Below are positions 1-8,566 of a stretch of DNA of 20,000 nucleotides, piece after piece (the stretch's first letter is position 1; each line of letters opens with the position of its first letter). Location of the stretch: the IMG/VR virus record IMGVR_UViG_3300010938_000026. One strand, 5' to 3'. This DNA comes from an uncultured virus (IMG/VR IMGVR_UViG_3300010938_000026). Its lineage: Duplodnaviria > Heunggongvirae > Uroviricota > Caudoviricetes. The notes under the pieces were generated by a model that saw only the letters and a list, made by a program, of their open reading frames with translations, was not told the DNA's origin and made no database searches. A program made the translations under genes and the position numbers.

Positions 1-1
1 T

Positions 2-277
2 CAGTTTTATCAATATGCTATAGGTAACTTGGATTACCGCACTCCGTTTCAGATCTTGTGGACACAGTATCCCAAAGATCCAGATCGCTGTGCGTATGGA
101 TGGGAACATACCATAACATGGTGGCGATATCCTTTATTGCGTGTAGTGCATCGTCATTTTATAAAACCTACGGAACGTACGGCACGTACATTGCTGACAA
201 TGCGCTACCAGCTGCTGATGTGTCCACGCATTAAGTTCGACGGCGACAGGATCCGTGTGCCCAAGCTTATCGCGTAG
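2..277 (+). CDS. Hypothetical protein, 5'-truncated by the window edge; probable member of the ~175-aa orphan array
   Basis: Frame is open from position 2 to TAG at 275-277. C-terminus (PLLRVVHRHF...LLMCPRIKF) resembles the 4765 ORF (PFLSLSLHRY...LYFHPRLF). Confidence 0.6.
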   Translation, partial: QFYQYAIGNLDYRTPFQILWTQYPKDPDRCAYGWEHTITWWRYPLLRVVHRHFIKPTERTARTLLTMRYQLLMCPRIKFDGDRIRVPKLIA

Positions 278-310
278 GTCGCGCCTGTTGGACTGGGGAA
301 GGAATTCGCG

Positions 311-790
311 ATGACTTCAGTATATGCAAGGAATCTTCCACGCTCTGCCTACAAAGATTTATATCTGACGGATTTCTGCCCCGGGGACTACTTAACCGTT
401 TCCCTCGGGTATACACACTTTCACCTCATTCTGAGCTACCGATTTGTACCCTATGAGTTCATGATAGAAGACTTGCGTACTGCGCATTCTCATTTCTCCC
501 TACAGTTGGGCAGGTCCGGCTTTCAATTCGCGAGTCGCGCGCGACGCTTGAGTCACAGCCAGTTTGTGATCGAAATTGCACGTCGTATTGCTCAAACAAC
601 ACTCAGTGGGCATGGGTACAAAACGTTTGTTTGGTACAGCACAGTGCGTGGTGGGTCATGTTCGGAGTTCCACGGCGCGGTTTACTTGGGCGACATTATT
701 CCGGGGCGGCCGGCGCCTGTCAGTATTGATACGTCTGGCTCACCCCGGCGTCTCATTGTTGGTGCGGGTTTACCTGATTTACAGGGTTGA
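311..790 (+). CDS. Hypothetical protein, 159 aa (orphan array)
   Basis: ATG preceded by purine-rich GGGGAAGGA; stop lies 4 nt before the next start. Confidence 0.7.
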   Translation: MTSVYARNLPRSAYKDLYLTDFCPGDYLTVSLGYTHFHLILSYRFVPYEFMIEDLRTAHSHFSLQLGRSGFQFASRARRLSHSQFVIEIARRIAQTTLSGHGYKTFVWYSTVRGGSCSEFHGAVYLGDIIPGRPAPVSIDTSGSPRRLIVGAGLPDLQG

Positions 791-794
791 TAGT

Positions 795-1319
795 ATGGCC
801 GGTGTATGCATCGAAGACTTGAAACTTGGTAGATTGATCTTTTTCGTGGACAATACGGTAGTCGCTGTCTGTAGCCGTGATGATGTGCGGAGGCTGATCT
901 CCATCTATGAACGCACACCGTGCAATGGTGAAGAGCTTGTATTTGAGATTAATTTGTCTACCGCACCCGCTAAATGGCTGTTCTTGACCAGCCCCAACAG
1001 TTTATATGTAGACAACCTAACCCGCCCGGCTGTGATTACCCACCGCGATAATGTGTTCTCTCGCGTATTATTTGGGGGTGGTGGTGAATGTCATACAGAT
1101 GCCATATTCCGCAAGGCGCATCATACGCTGAAATGTTGTCTAGGATTCGGTGGCCCAGGTATATTGCTGCGGCAAGAATCGCAGTATGTCTCATGGGAGC
1201 AGCTTCGCCCGGGCGAACAGGAACCAAAGTTTCCTCGAGGCATGATTGCCCCGTATAGCCTGCGCTGGGATTACGACCTGGCTTGCGAGTCTGGTCAATT
1301 ACTGGTCCAGGCAGATTAA
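795..1319 (+). CDS. Hypothetical protein, 174 aa (orphan array)
   Basis: In-frame ATG at 795 (MAGVCIEDL) just after the previous stop is a better start than the track's 576. Shares HTLKCxL with the next ORF. Confidence 0.7.
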   Translation: MAGVCIEDLKLGRLIFFVDNTVVAVCSRDDVRRLISIYERTPCNGEELVFEINLSTAPAKWLFLTSPNSLYVDNLTRPAVITHRDNVFSRVLFGGGGECHTDAIFRKAHHTLKCCLGFGGPGILLRQESQYVSWEQLRPGEQEPKFPRGMIAPYSLRWDYDLACESGQLLVQAD

Positions 1320-1353
1320 TGTCCTATAGATTCCCAACCGTAAGGAGGATAAT

Positions 1354-1884
1354 ATGTTCACGTTTTGGGAGGGTCGGGTCCATTTTGGCACTCTTCCGCG
1401 GGCGCAAATTGACATGCAGTTTCAAGATACAAGTGTGCTGATAGAACCACACCACATATTCTCAGGGGCACACAGTTACTATTGGCGTTTTAATTGCACT
1501 GTCGGTGATAGGTATTTCATCTATACCGCATACCACGATGGATTCGAGCACAGCGTGATTTTGCGACCTTCCTCCCCCGATAGATTATATCGACGGACGC
1601 GCTCCCCAAGGCGTAGCAACTATACTGAGCACACCCTTAAATGTGACTTAGTATGGTCCCTCGAAGTTTGCTTACAAGGGAACCATTCTGATCCGCTGAT
1701 CGCAATGGAGTCGGATACTGAGGATGTCTACCGCGATATCGAGCTTTCTCCTTCCTGCATCGCAACAAAGTACCCCGCGCGTAAGTCCCCATCTGTCACT
1801 CATTTCGAATCCCTGTTCATCTTTCATCGGCAGTTGCCGAAGGTGGCGATTCCTCACGTGGATATCGAGTCGGCTTCCGCGTGA
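1354..1884 (+). CDS. Hypothetical protein, 176 aa (orphan array)
   Basis: Strong RBS TAAGGAGG upstream of ATG. Confidence 0.8.
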   Translation: MFTFWEGRVHFGTLPRAQIDMQFQDTSVLIEPHHIFSGAHSYYWRFNCTVGDRYFIYTAYHDGFEHSVILRPSSPDRLYRRTRSPRRSNYTEHTLKCDLVWSLEVCLQGNHSDPLIAMESDTEDVYRDIELSPSCIATKYPARKSPSVTHFESLFIFHRQLPKVAIPHVDIESASA

Positions 1885-1950
1885 GGTGGCGGCCAGCCGG
1901 CACAACTACAGCGTAGTTGCAAGTATCAACTTTCCGCTGGAGGATTAAAA

Positions 1951-2484
1951 ATGTGGCAAATTTGTGTGGATAATTTATGTATTAACTCATCCCGTACCTG
2001 GGATCATAAGCGCCCCAAGAGACATCGAACTTTCGATGGGCGATCAAAAACTATTGAAATCCAAGATCAGCGATTTCAAATATGGATACATTCTTCTGGC
2101 ACGGGACTGGCGGTCTGGGATGATAACCATAACTATGGTGTTGACTGTATCGTGGCAGACGAGAGTGATACTCTTAGTATGGAAACACGTGTTTGGGATA
2201 AAGGTAATCGGCGGGTTCTAGCATCGTACGCTCGAGCGGAGTGTGTTTATTCAATTCATGGCGATCGGGATACCACACTCGACTTTTACAATTTCGAAGT
2301 CCGCCGGCGCCTCGCTTTAATCTTGCCGGGTAAACATCAGCTCGTTGACCGTGTAATAAAGTTTCTTCGCGGCCGTTTGAAGATCGCCACGGCAATGCGA
2401 GGAGACAGTGTTTGGACAATTAGGTACATCAACTTGTACCCGCCATACCGGCGGATGTGCAAACAAGCTTGGCCGGCAGAGTGA
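1951..2484 (+). CDS. Hypothetical protein, 177 aa (orphan array, paralogue of next gene)
   Basis: RBS GGAGGA. C-terminal 37 aa align ungapped with the 2507 ORF (8 identities). Confidence 0.8.
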   Translation: MWQICVDNLCINSSRTWDHKRPKRHRTFDGRSKTIEIQDQRFQIWIHSSGTGLAVWDDNHNYGVDCIVADESDTLSMETRVWDKGNRRVLASYARAECVYSIHGDRDTTLDFYNFEVRRRLALILPGKHQLVDRVIKFLRGRLKIATAMRGDSVWTIRYINLYPPYRRMCKQAWPAE

Positions 2485-2506
2485 GTAACCTCGGAAAGGG
2501 CTACAA

Positions 2507-3079
2507 ATGAGATGGAAGATTTATGTCTACGGGTCACTCCTAGGCCGGCGTCACAAATCGGGGATTGATCTTATGCGGACGTGGCAATCCGATCGCTGGG
2601 CTGTACGCATATACGCTGAGTATCCCTCCTGTTTATCAGTTGACGTTGGTAGCCGCATGCTGAATATTTTGGCCACAGGATGCCACTACGAATTGCATAC
2701 GGGGGCACATTATGTTGCACTGTATGTAGTCCCGCCGGCGACTTTTCAGCATTGTGCCCGGAGGCTGGCGAAAAGCGCGACGTCTGCGAATTTATTCAGT
2801 ACGCAGCCGTCTGTTGAGGCGACGGTTCATATGTGCTCAGATCGCCGGCGAAATAACATGATTAAAATGCAGCTCATTCATGGCAGTTGCTTCAATCAAG
2901 AGTTGATCTTCTTTCGTGAACACTTGCGGTTTACCGCACGTTATACGTCGAAATATCAAAAGGTAATGCAAAACATTTATCTGCGACCCTCATGTCGCAA
3001 TTTATGTCGGCTTCCAAATCAAAAGGAGCAGCGTAATGTCGAAAGCATTGACGAGCATCGTGAGGCGAGTAGGGCCTAA
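2507..3079 (+). CDS. Hypothetical protein, 190 aa (orphan array)
   Basis: GGAAAGGG upstream. N-terminus RWKIYV resembles MWQICV, and the C-terminal block resembles the 1951 ORF. Confidence 0.75.
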   Translation: MRWKIYVYGSLLGRRHKSGIDLMRTWQSDRWAVRIYAEYPSCLSVDVGSRMLNILATGCHYELHTGAHYVALYVVPPATFQHCARRLAKSATSANLFSTQPSVEATVHMCSDRRRNNMIKMQLIHGSCFNQELIFFREHLRFTARYTSKYQKVMQNIYLRPSCRNLCRLPNQKEQRNVESIDEHREASRA

Positions 3080-3677
3080 ATACGTGAAAAGGGTCCGTAC
3101 AGCCATCCAGCAAATTGCCATCCGCGATTTGAGCGTCGACGACCTTGAGACAAAGGTAGACGAGGATGCACAGGCGCTCACTCCGGATGATGTAACTCTG
3201 GATGACGTTCGGAAAGTGGCGGGCTTAGCCATCGTGACGCTTGGCTGGCTGTATGTCAGCTTATTGGGAGATCATCCATTTGACTCTCAGAGCTTAGTGG
3301 TGAACGGGTTCATGGACGAATTCTACAAACTGCTGGACGAAGATATTCTGGAGGGCAAAAGTGGTCAAATGTGGCAGCATGTCAGCGCCCGTAACGCGGA
3401 AGCAGCCGCCGCATATATGAGCAAACTGGCAGTACAGTTTATTGTCGAATGCTCTGGTATGCTCGTCGATTTCGACGCTGACGGTAAAACGTCTATCTCA
3501 TTGCTGGAAGGCGGGTTCCACCGTCTTCAGCGGGCCTTTGTGATGCTTGCTGCCACCGAAATGTTGCCGGCGCGCGGCCAGGCATTCGAGGCCGCTCTGC
3601 GGAAGCTCGATGAATTGGTCAATCGGTATCGCCGTGGTCGGATCTATATCGAGATGTTAACACCTAGCTGCAATTGA
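3036..3677 (+). CDS. Hypothetical alpha-helical protein, 213 aa
   Basis: RBS AAGGAG; normal globular composition. Confidence 0.85.
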   Translation: MSKALTSIVRRVGPKYVKRVRTAIQQIAIRDLSVDDLETKVDEDAQALTPDDVTLDDVRKVAGLAIVTLGWLYVSLLGDHPFDSQSLVVNGFMDEFYKLLDEDILEGKSGQMWQHVSARNAEAAAAYMSKLAVQFIVECSGMLVDFDADGKTSISLLEGGFHRLQRAFVMLAATEMLPARGQAFEAALRKLDELVNRYRRGRIYIEMLTPSCN

Positions 3678-3687
3678 GGAGGCACCT

Positions 3688-4248
3688 ATGAAGTACTGTG
3701 ATTTCTGCTCCTTGTATGACTTAGATGTTGACTCTGAGATCGATCCGAATGCGGAGGTTACAGTTTCCGACCGGATTACCGGTGTAACTCATCTCAACGA
3801 TAAGCTTGAGGGGTTCTCACCTGAAGAGATCTACGATGCTGTGTACGAGGACTACGCGGCTACACAACTGCAATTAGAAACATTATGGATCCGTGTGCAG
3901 ACATTCAAACGCGCCTCTGTCTATGATATGCATGGCAATCTGCGTACGTATAATCTTGACTACGATGAGCGTACGGTTGCGGTTCCGCCTGTTGAGCCAC
4001 CCTGCACCGGTGGCGAGCACGACTGGGAATGGTTCGGTCAAGTGGTCGACTTGACGCCGGCTGCCCGAAACTATGTGGTCCGTGGGCCGGTGTATTCTGA
4101 ACGGTGTCGGAACTGCGGGATGACTCACGTAATTCAAACGGACGTGGACGAGCCATTCTCGTTCCTTCCAGGGTATACCCGCGAAGAGTATGGCCCTGTC
4201 CAATCCCATAAAGGGGAGACCGACGATGGATCTGGCACGACAGATTGA
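3688..4248 (+). CDS. Acidic hypothetical protein with putative Zn-binding motifs
   Basis: RBS GAGGAGG; CxxC at the N-terminus (CDFC), then PPC...HDW and CRNCG. Confidence 0.8.
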   Translation: MKYCDFCSLYDLDVDSEIDPNAEVTVSDRITGVTHLNDKLEGFSPEEIYDAVYEDYAATQLQLETLWIRVQTFKRASVYDMHGNLRTYNLDYDERTVAVPPVEPPCTGGEHDWEWFGQVVDLTPAARNYVVRGPVYSERCRNCGMTHVIQTDVDEPFSFLPGYTREEYGPVQSHKGETDDGSGTTD

Positions 4249-4753
4249 GCGCATCATTCCCCATCGGGTCAGGCAACGATCCAATCTAAGCTGCGAGTTA
4301 TATGGATGGCTTGTATTTCAAGGTACTCACATAAATCTTACTAACCGGTACTTTGGGGTGTCCTCGCGTCCCATTTCTGAATTTCAAGTTACCAATGTGG
4401 AGTTTGAGTTTGAGCTAGTCCGGAACGTTGTCCGCCTGCATCAAAATAGGTCATACAGATCACTCGATCTGGCGCGGCACTACCTCTCCCTGCAATGTCG
4501 GGAGGCTGCGCGTTTTGCCAATGCACGTATGATTTACATCGTGCAAGGTCAGTGCGAAGTAACCGCCCCAAACATTTTGATCGCCTTCCGACCTTCGTTC
4601 TTTCGAATACGTATCTCTCGCAGGAATTTACCCTCGCTGGAACTTCGATTCCGCACACGCTCATGCTTGCGGACGTTACCCGAAGACGCGCGGCAGTTTT
4701 TACGATCCACCAAAGTTAACAAACTTGGACGCCGCGGCATAATTTCAGGGTGA
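4226..4753 (+). CDS. Arg-rich hypothetical protein, 175 aa (orphan array)
   Basis: ATG at 4226 (MDLARQ) with AAGGGGAG RBS, preferred over 4190. Confidence 0.7.
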   Translation: MDLARQIERIIPHRVRQRSNLSCELYGWLVFQGTHINLTNRYFGVSSRPISEFQVTNVEFEFELVRNVVRLHQNRSYRSLDLARHYLSLQCREAARFANARMIYIVQGQCEVTAPNILIAFRPSFFRIRISRRNLPSLELRFRTRSCLRTLPEDARQFLRSTKVNKLGRRGIISG

Positions 4754-4764
4754 GGAGGCTAACA

Positions 4765-5286
4765 ATGTCAATTCCAGCAGCATGGCAGCGGCTCAATGAG
4801 AGGAGCCACCAGCGTATCATCCTGAAAAAATGTAGACGTTATCACGTTTACGAGTCCCATGTCGGTGATACGGTTGCTATCTGGCATCACCAAGATTTAT
4901 CAGTGCGATGGTATTCGCCAACAAAATGCCGGTTACTCTATTGGCGTATCGCACGCCGTGTCAATGGACGTTCCGCTTATTCAGGCGACGGGCGTGGCGA
5001 GTTACGGTGTTCTCCTAGATATACGAATCACTGGCCCCATAAACTTATTATCTTACGGCCACGTGAAATGGGCGGCGTGTTGTACATACGGGGCGAGGCT
5101 GGCGAGGTTGTTGAAGTAAGGGCAATCCTGTCGCCACCATCTCCCTTCTTAAGCCTCTCGTTACATCGGTATCGGCGTCAGCGCCGGTCGCGCTCCGACA
5201 TCTGCGAAGCCGCACTATATTTCCATCCGCGACTATTTCAACCCCAGTTTCACGAGGTAGGAGGAAGTGTATGCGTCATCCAGTGA
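4765..5286 (+). CDS. Arg-rich hypothetical protein, 173 aa (orphan array)
   Basis: ATG at 4765 (MSIPAAW) with GAGGAGG RBS. Confidence 0.75.
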   Translation: MSIPAAWQRLNERSHQRIILKKCRRYHVYESHVGDTVAIWHHQDLSVRWYSPTKCRLLYWRIARRVNGRSAYSGDGRGELRCSPRYTNHWPHKLIILRPREMGGVLYIRGEAGEVVEVRAILSPPSPFLSLSLHRYRRQRRSRSDICEAALYFHPRLFQPQFHEVGGSVCVIQ

Positions 5287-5903
5287 CTGATGAACCGCTG
5301 GCTGATAATGCTATCATCCGGACGGACAGGCAAGGCCGTCTTCACTACGCGCGCGGCCCTGAGATTGTCAGTGGCACGCGTAAGGAATGGTGGGTTCACG
5401 GGGTACGGCACCGTGATGGTAATGAACCCGCCATCGAAGATGAGAACGGGCTATATGCCTTCTATGTGAACGGCCAGCTGCACAGCACTGTCGGTCCGGC
5501 GTATGTACGCTACAACGACAACGAGGCGTATGTGGCGCATTACGTCAACGGGAAATTGCAATCTCTCGTTGAGGAAGGCGTAGTACTGCCCTGTGTTATC
5601 GTAGTGCGCCCGCGGGGTTATGTAACCCTGAAATACTATGACGACGGGCTACTGCATCGTGACATCGGCCCGGCTTTCATGCGGGTTTATAAGGGCCGGC
5701 TGATGATGCAAGCCTACGCATATCGCGGAAAACTCCACCGATTGGGTGGTCCGGCTATCATTAACTTGTTCCTTCGGAAATGCCGGTATTTTATCCAGGG
5801 CCGCCCCGTGACGGAGGAGGAGGCAATGGCTGCTTATGTTCCGCCTCCAGCGCTCCAGCAGCAGTCGCTGCAGATCACGCGGGCCGTAGTAGCAGGGGAC
5901 TGA
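5271..5903 (+). CDS. Phage-type MORN-like/'GxLHRxxGPA' repeat protein
   Basis: Six repeats such as GVRHRDGNEPAI, GLLHRDIGPAF and GKLHRLGGPAI; RBS GAGGTAGGA. Confidence 0.85.
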   Translation: MRHPVTDEPLADNAIIRTDRQGRLHYARGPEIVSGTRKEWWVHGVRHRDGNEPAIEDENGLYAFYVNGQLHSTVGPAYVRYNDNEAYVAHYVNGKLQSLVEEGVVLPCVIVVRPRGYVTLKYYDDGLLHRDIGPAFMRVYKGRLMMQAYAYRGKLHRLGGPAIINLFLRKCRYFIQGRPVTEEEAMAAYVPPPALQQQSLQITRAVVAGD

Positions 5904-5905
5904 GT

Positions 5906-6547
5906 ATGCCGCCATTGAAACGGATTCACAACATCACGGGCGAAAAGTTAGACGACGATGCCATTGAATTCATCAAGCAGCCGGAAGGCTGGCTCCATAA
6001 CGAGGGAGGGCGTCCGTGCATCATGTCTACAGCACTCATCGAATGCCGGGTCATGGGTGTTCTGCACCATGACAACGGCCCGGCGCGAGTCACGGACGAG
6101 TTGACCGCGGAGTGGTACAACAATGGCCGCCTGCATTCACAAGGGTGGTATTTCGCGAAGGCGAAAGTCACTCCCCAGGAGCAGCTTTTCGAGTGGTATA
6201 CGGACGGACTGCTCAATTCACATGAGGACTATCCGGCACGTATACACTTGAAGGGCACCGTGGTCCTGTGCGAGTGGTACCGAAATGGATTGCAGCATCG
6301 AGACAGGTATCCCGCATACCTGTTATACGATGGGCAAGTCCTTAAGGAATTTCGCTTCTATTCCGGCGGTCAGCTTCATCATGACGAGCATGTCGCTGTC
6401 GGCGTACGGCAGGACGATGGCAGCTATCGCGGGGAATACTGGCTGCACGGCCAGCGGTACACTGCCGAAGAATTTCGCAAGGCGCGATCTATCGTGCGCC
6501 GTCGGGTAACCGTTGAAGAGAATAAGGAGGTAAACGTTGTTGACTGA
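5906..6547 (+). CDS. Second 'GxLHRxxGPA' repeat protein, tandem paralogue
   Basis: ATG at 5906, 2 nt after the upstream stop. Repeats include GVLHHDNGPAR and GLQHRDRYPAY. N-terminus HNITGEKLDDDAI matches HPVTDEPLADNAI of the previous gene. Confidence 0.85.
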   Translation: MPPLKRIHNITGEKLDDDAIEFIKQPEGWLHNEGGRPCIMSTALIECRVMGVLHHDNGPARVTDELTAEWYNNGRLHSQGWYFAKAKVTPQEQLFEWYTDGLLNSHEDYPARIHLKGTVVLCEWYRNGLQHRDRYPAYLLYDGQVLKEFRFYSGGQLHHDEHVAVGVRQDDGSYRGEYWLHGQRYTAEEFRKARSIVRRRVTVEENKEVNVVD

Positions 6548-7217
6548 AAAGCAAGCTGAACATCTGGCTCGTACTATCGTTGAGGTGCGAGGCCGTTACG
6601 AATCTGCCGTGCGCGGATCACTTCGTTATTTGGCCTTCCATTTGGCGCAAGCGCCCAAGCTCAGTTTGCGGGAAAAGTGGGATGCTTCATTGATCCTGCA
6701 CTGGAGTGCCGAATTACTGCCAAGTGTGCGGCGCTTGGACGCGCGCGACATCACGAATTTTGTACCCGATCTCGACCATGGGCAGGTTCGTGAAGCTCTG
6801 GTCAGTGCTACCGAGCTCGTCGACGGCTGGATCCGGAGTGGGCAGCTGGCCGAGGTGTTATCTGCTGATGAGCTGGCCAACTCCATGCCGGAATTCTTGC
6901 AGCGCTTGCAACAGGCGCTTGAATATTCGGAACATCCAGCATCGGTGCTTTTGGCGTTCTTGTTCGCCGACGGCATGCAGGTTTTGTCACGAGCAGCCCC
7001 GACCGAACGATTCGACGAGTTTGCTCGGAAGGTCGCCAACTGCGCCCGGGGCCACATGCACCGGTTTGTGCAGTGCAAGGATGATCTGCTCCCGCTTTGT
7101 GTTGGCACGTTGCCACCGCAGGCTAATCTGACCGACCCACGTATGGCGCTGGATTTCATCTACGAATTTGTAGAAGCAACCCAGGAGGCTACCACGCATG
7201 AACCCATCGCAAATTGA
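6537..7217 (+). CDS. Hypothetical helical protein, ~226 aa
   Basis: TTG start behind TAAGGAGGT; overlaps both neighbours. Confidence 0.8.
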   Translation: MLTEKQAEHLARTIVEVRGRYESAVRGSLRYLAFHLAQAPKLSLREKWDASLILHWSAELLPSVRRLDARDITNFVPDLDHGQVREALVSATELVDGWIRSGQLAEVLSADELANSMPEFLQRLQQALEYSEHPASVLLAFLFADGMQVLSRAAPTERFDEFARKVANCARGHMHRFVQCKDDLLPLCVGTLPPQANLTDPRMALDFIYEFVEATQEATTHEPIAN

Positions 7218-7509
7218 GCTAGCTATCACGTACCTGGCCCGACGTGACGAGCTGAAGCAGCTCGAAAAGGAGTTAAAGCAGTTACATGAACGGGTGGTCG
7301 CTGAGATTTTTCACGACCAGCCCGGTCGTTTTGTCATTCCGGACATGAACAAAGCCTTGGTGTACGAAGAGGTGGAGTCCACCCGATTCGATACAGCAAA
7401 ACTCAAGGCTACCATGCCGTCCTTGTACGCACAGCTGTCTGTGGAGTACAAGTACCGGCGGTTATCTGTAGAGGAAGGAGGCACGAATGGGAGAAAGCAT
7501 GAAGACTGA
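7198..7509 (+). CDS. Small phage coiled-coil protein
   Basis: RBS CAGGAGG. Coiled coil (ELKQLEKELKQL) and an RFDTAKLK...PSLY motif recalled from small phage proteins. Confidence 0.8.
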   Translation: MNPSQIELAITYLARRDELKQLEKELKQLHERVVAEIFHDQPGRFVIPDMNKALVYEEVESTRFDTAKLKATMPSLYAQLSVEYKYRRLSVEEGGTNGRKHED

Positions 7510-7858
7510 GCTGGTTCTGCTCACCCGCGGACATCTAGTGCTCCTCGGCGATGACGGTAAGATTACCGTCCTCGAACGGGTAAGCCACAAGGTAGTGTAT
7601 TACGGTGAGCCATCCGGGGATCATCCCCTTTCGGCTGCTGCCAGCCAGATTTACAAACTGGCTGAGGCTCAGCAGTTGCCTGAGACCCTGCCCATGTGGC
7701 ACCCCTACCCACATGACGTGCCGACGGTAGAGAACTTCGCTCTGTACGAAGTCCCCGCTGGTACGTTGCCGTCCCGGGACATTTTCGTCTATTTCCGTGA
7801 CGCCGTGCGTCGCGCCAAAGAGAAAGGCGCAAGGACACGCGCCAAGCGGAAGAAATAA
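7487..7858 (+). CDS. Hypothetical protein with basic C-terminal tail
   Basis: RBS AAGGAGG (alternative start 7499); last gene before the terminator. Confidence 0.8.
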   Translation: MGESMKTELVLLTRGHLVLLGDDGKITVLERVSHKVVYYGEPSGDHPLSAAASQIYKLAEAQQLPETLPMWHPYPHDVPTVENFALYEVPAGTLPSRDIFVYFRDAVRRAKEKGARTRAKRKK

Positions 7859-7879
7859 GATTTTTTTCCTGCGTCCGCG

Positions 7880-7914
7880 CCCGCACCGCCTTCGCGCGGT
7901 GCGGGTATTTTTTT
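7880..7914 (+). terminator. Rho-independent terminator
   Basis: Perfect 10-bp stem CCCGCACCGC/GCGGTGCGGG, loop CTTCGC, followed by TA and a T-tract. Confidence 0.9.
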
Positions 7915-7952
7915 AGATTTTCTGTTAGAATGGAGGTGGTTGGGTATCAATA

Positions 7953-7975
7953 AATTTAATCGCGGGATTAAAATG
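7953..7975. promoter_or_regulatory. Palindromic site copy 1 (operator or recombinase site)
   Basis: AATTTAATC-GCGG-GATTAAAATG, ending 2 nt before the poly-Ser gene start. Confidence 0.6.
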
Positions 7976-7977
7976 TC

Positions 7978-8556
7978 ATGAGCTGGTGGTGGTGTTGCTG
8001 CTCTAGTTCTTCTTCCTCGAGCAGTTCTAGCTCGTCAAGTAGCAGTTCCAGCTCTTCCTCATCCAGTAGTTCTTCTTCATCAAGCAGTTCTAGTTCGTCT
8101 TCCTCGAGCAGCTCCAGCTCTTCCTCGTCCAGTAGTTCTTCTTCATCCAGCAGTTCTAGTTCGTCTTCCTCTAGTAGCTCCAGCTCTTCCTCATCCAGCA
8201 GTTCTTCTAGCTCTAGTTCGTCTTCCTCGAGTAGCAGTGTAAGTTCATTGTCTTCGTCATCATTATCCTCCTTAAGCAGCGCAAGTTCACCCTCTGCGTC
8301 TATCTTATGTTGTTGTTCCGACCGGCCGGACTGCATATTTGTCTGGGATGACGAGTTGATGGTCTGGGTGCCTGATGCCACCAATAACGCACAGTGTGAA
8401 GAATGTGGCACAAATACTTCCGACCCGAATGCACATTGTAACTGTCCACCGCCACCTACGCCCGGCACGTTTAACGGTCAAGTATGGACCACCCCGTGTA
8501 GTGCACCGCCAAGTCATGATGATTGTTTTATAAGCTCTGATATAACCCCTGTCTAG
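7978..8556 (+). CDS. Poly-serine / Cys-rich protein
   Basis: MSWWWCCC, then 79 consecutive Ser codons (8002-8238, mixed TCN/AGY), then a Cys-rich domain (CIFVW...W...CEEC...CNCPPP...G...G...TPC). Confidence 0.8.
   Translation: MSWWWCCCSSSSSSSSSSSSSSSSSSSSSSSSSSSSSSSSSSSSSSSSSSSSSSSSSSSSSSSSSSSSSSSSSSSSSSSSSSSSSSSVSSLSSSSLSSLSSASSPSASILCCCSDRPDCIFVWDDELMVWVPDATNNAQCEECGTNTSDPNAHCNCPPPPTPGTFNGQVWTTPCSAPPSHDDCFISSDITPV
8041..8208 (+). repeat. 66-bp tandem repeat (~2.5 copies) within the poly-Ser tract
   Basis: TCCAGCTCTTCCTC recurs at 8047, 8113 and 8179 with near-identical intervening sequence. Confidence 0.85.
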
Positions 8557-8566
8557 GTAAGCACTA

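Noticed and set aside
1903..1919. Hairpin CAACTAC-AGC-GTAGTTG as an attC-like cassette site for the orphan array
   Set aside because: Single copy; the other intergenic gaps in the array share no repeat, so there is no integron-like structure.
2..5286. Diversity-generating retroelement as the cause of array divergence
   Set aside because: No reverse transcriptase and no near-identical template/variable repeat pair differing at adenines was seen in the window.
576..7229. Numerous overlapping alternative-frame and antisense ORFs in the track
   Set aside because: They lack an RBS and are fully overlapped by better-supported, coupled plus-strand genes.
7968..8468. Antisense E/L/D-rich ORF
   Set aside because: It is the expected mirror of Ser codons. 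The plus-strand frame has a coherent Cys-rich domain and fits the operon direction.
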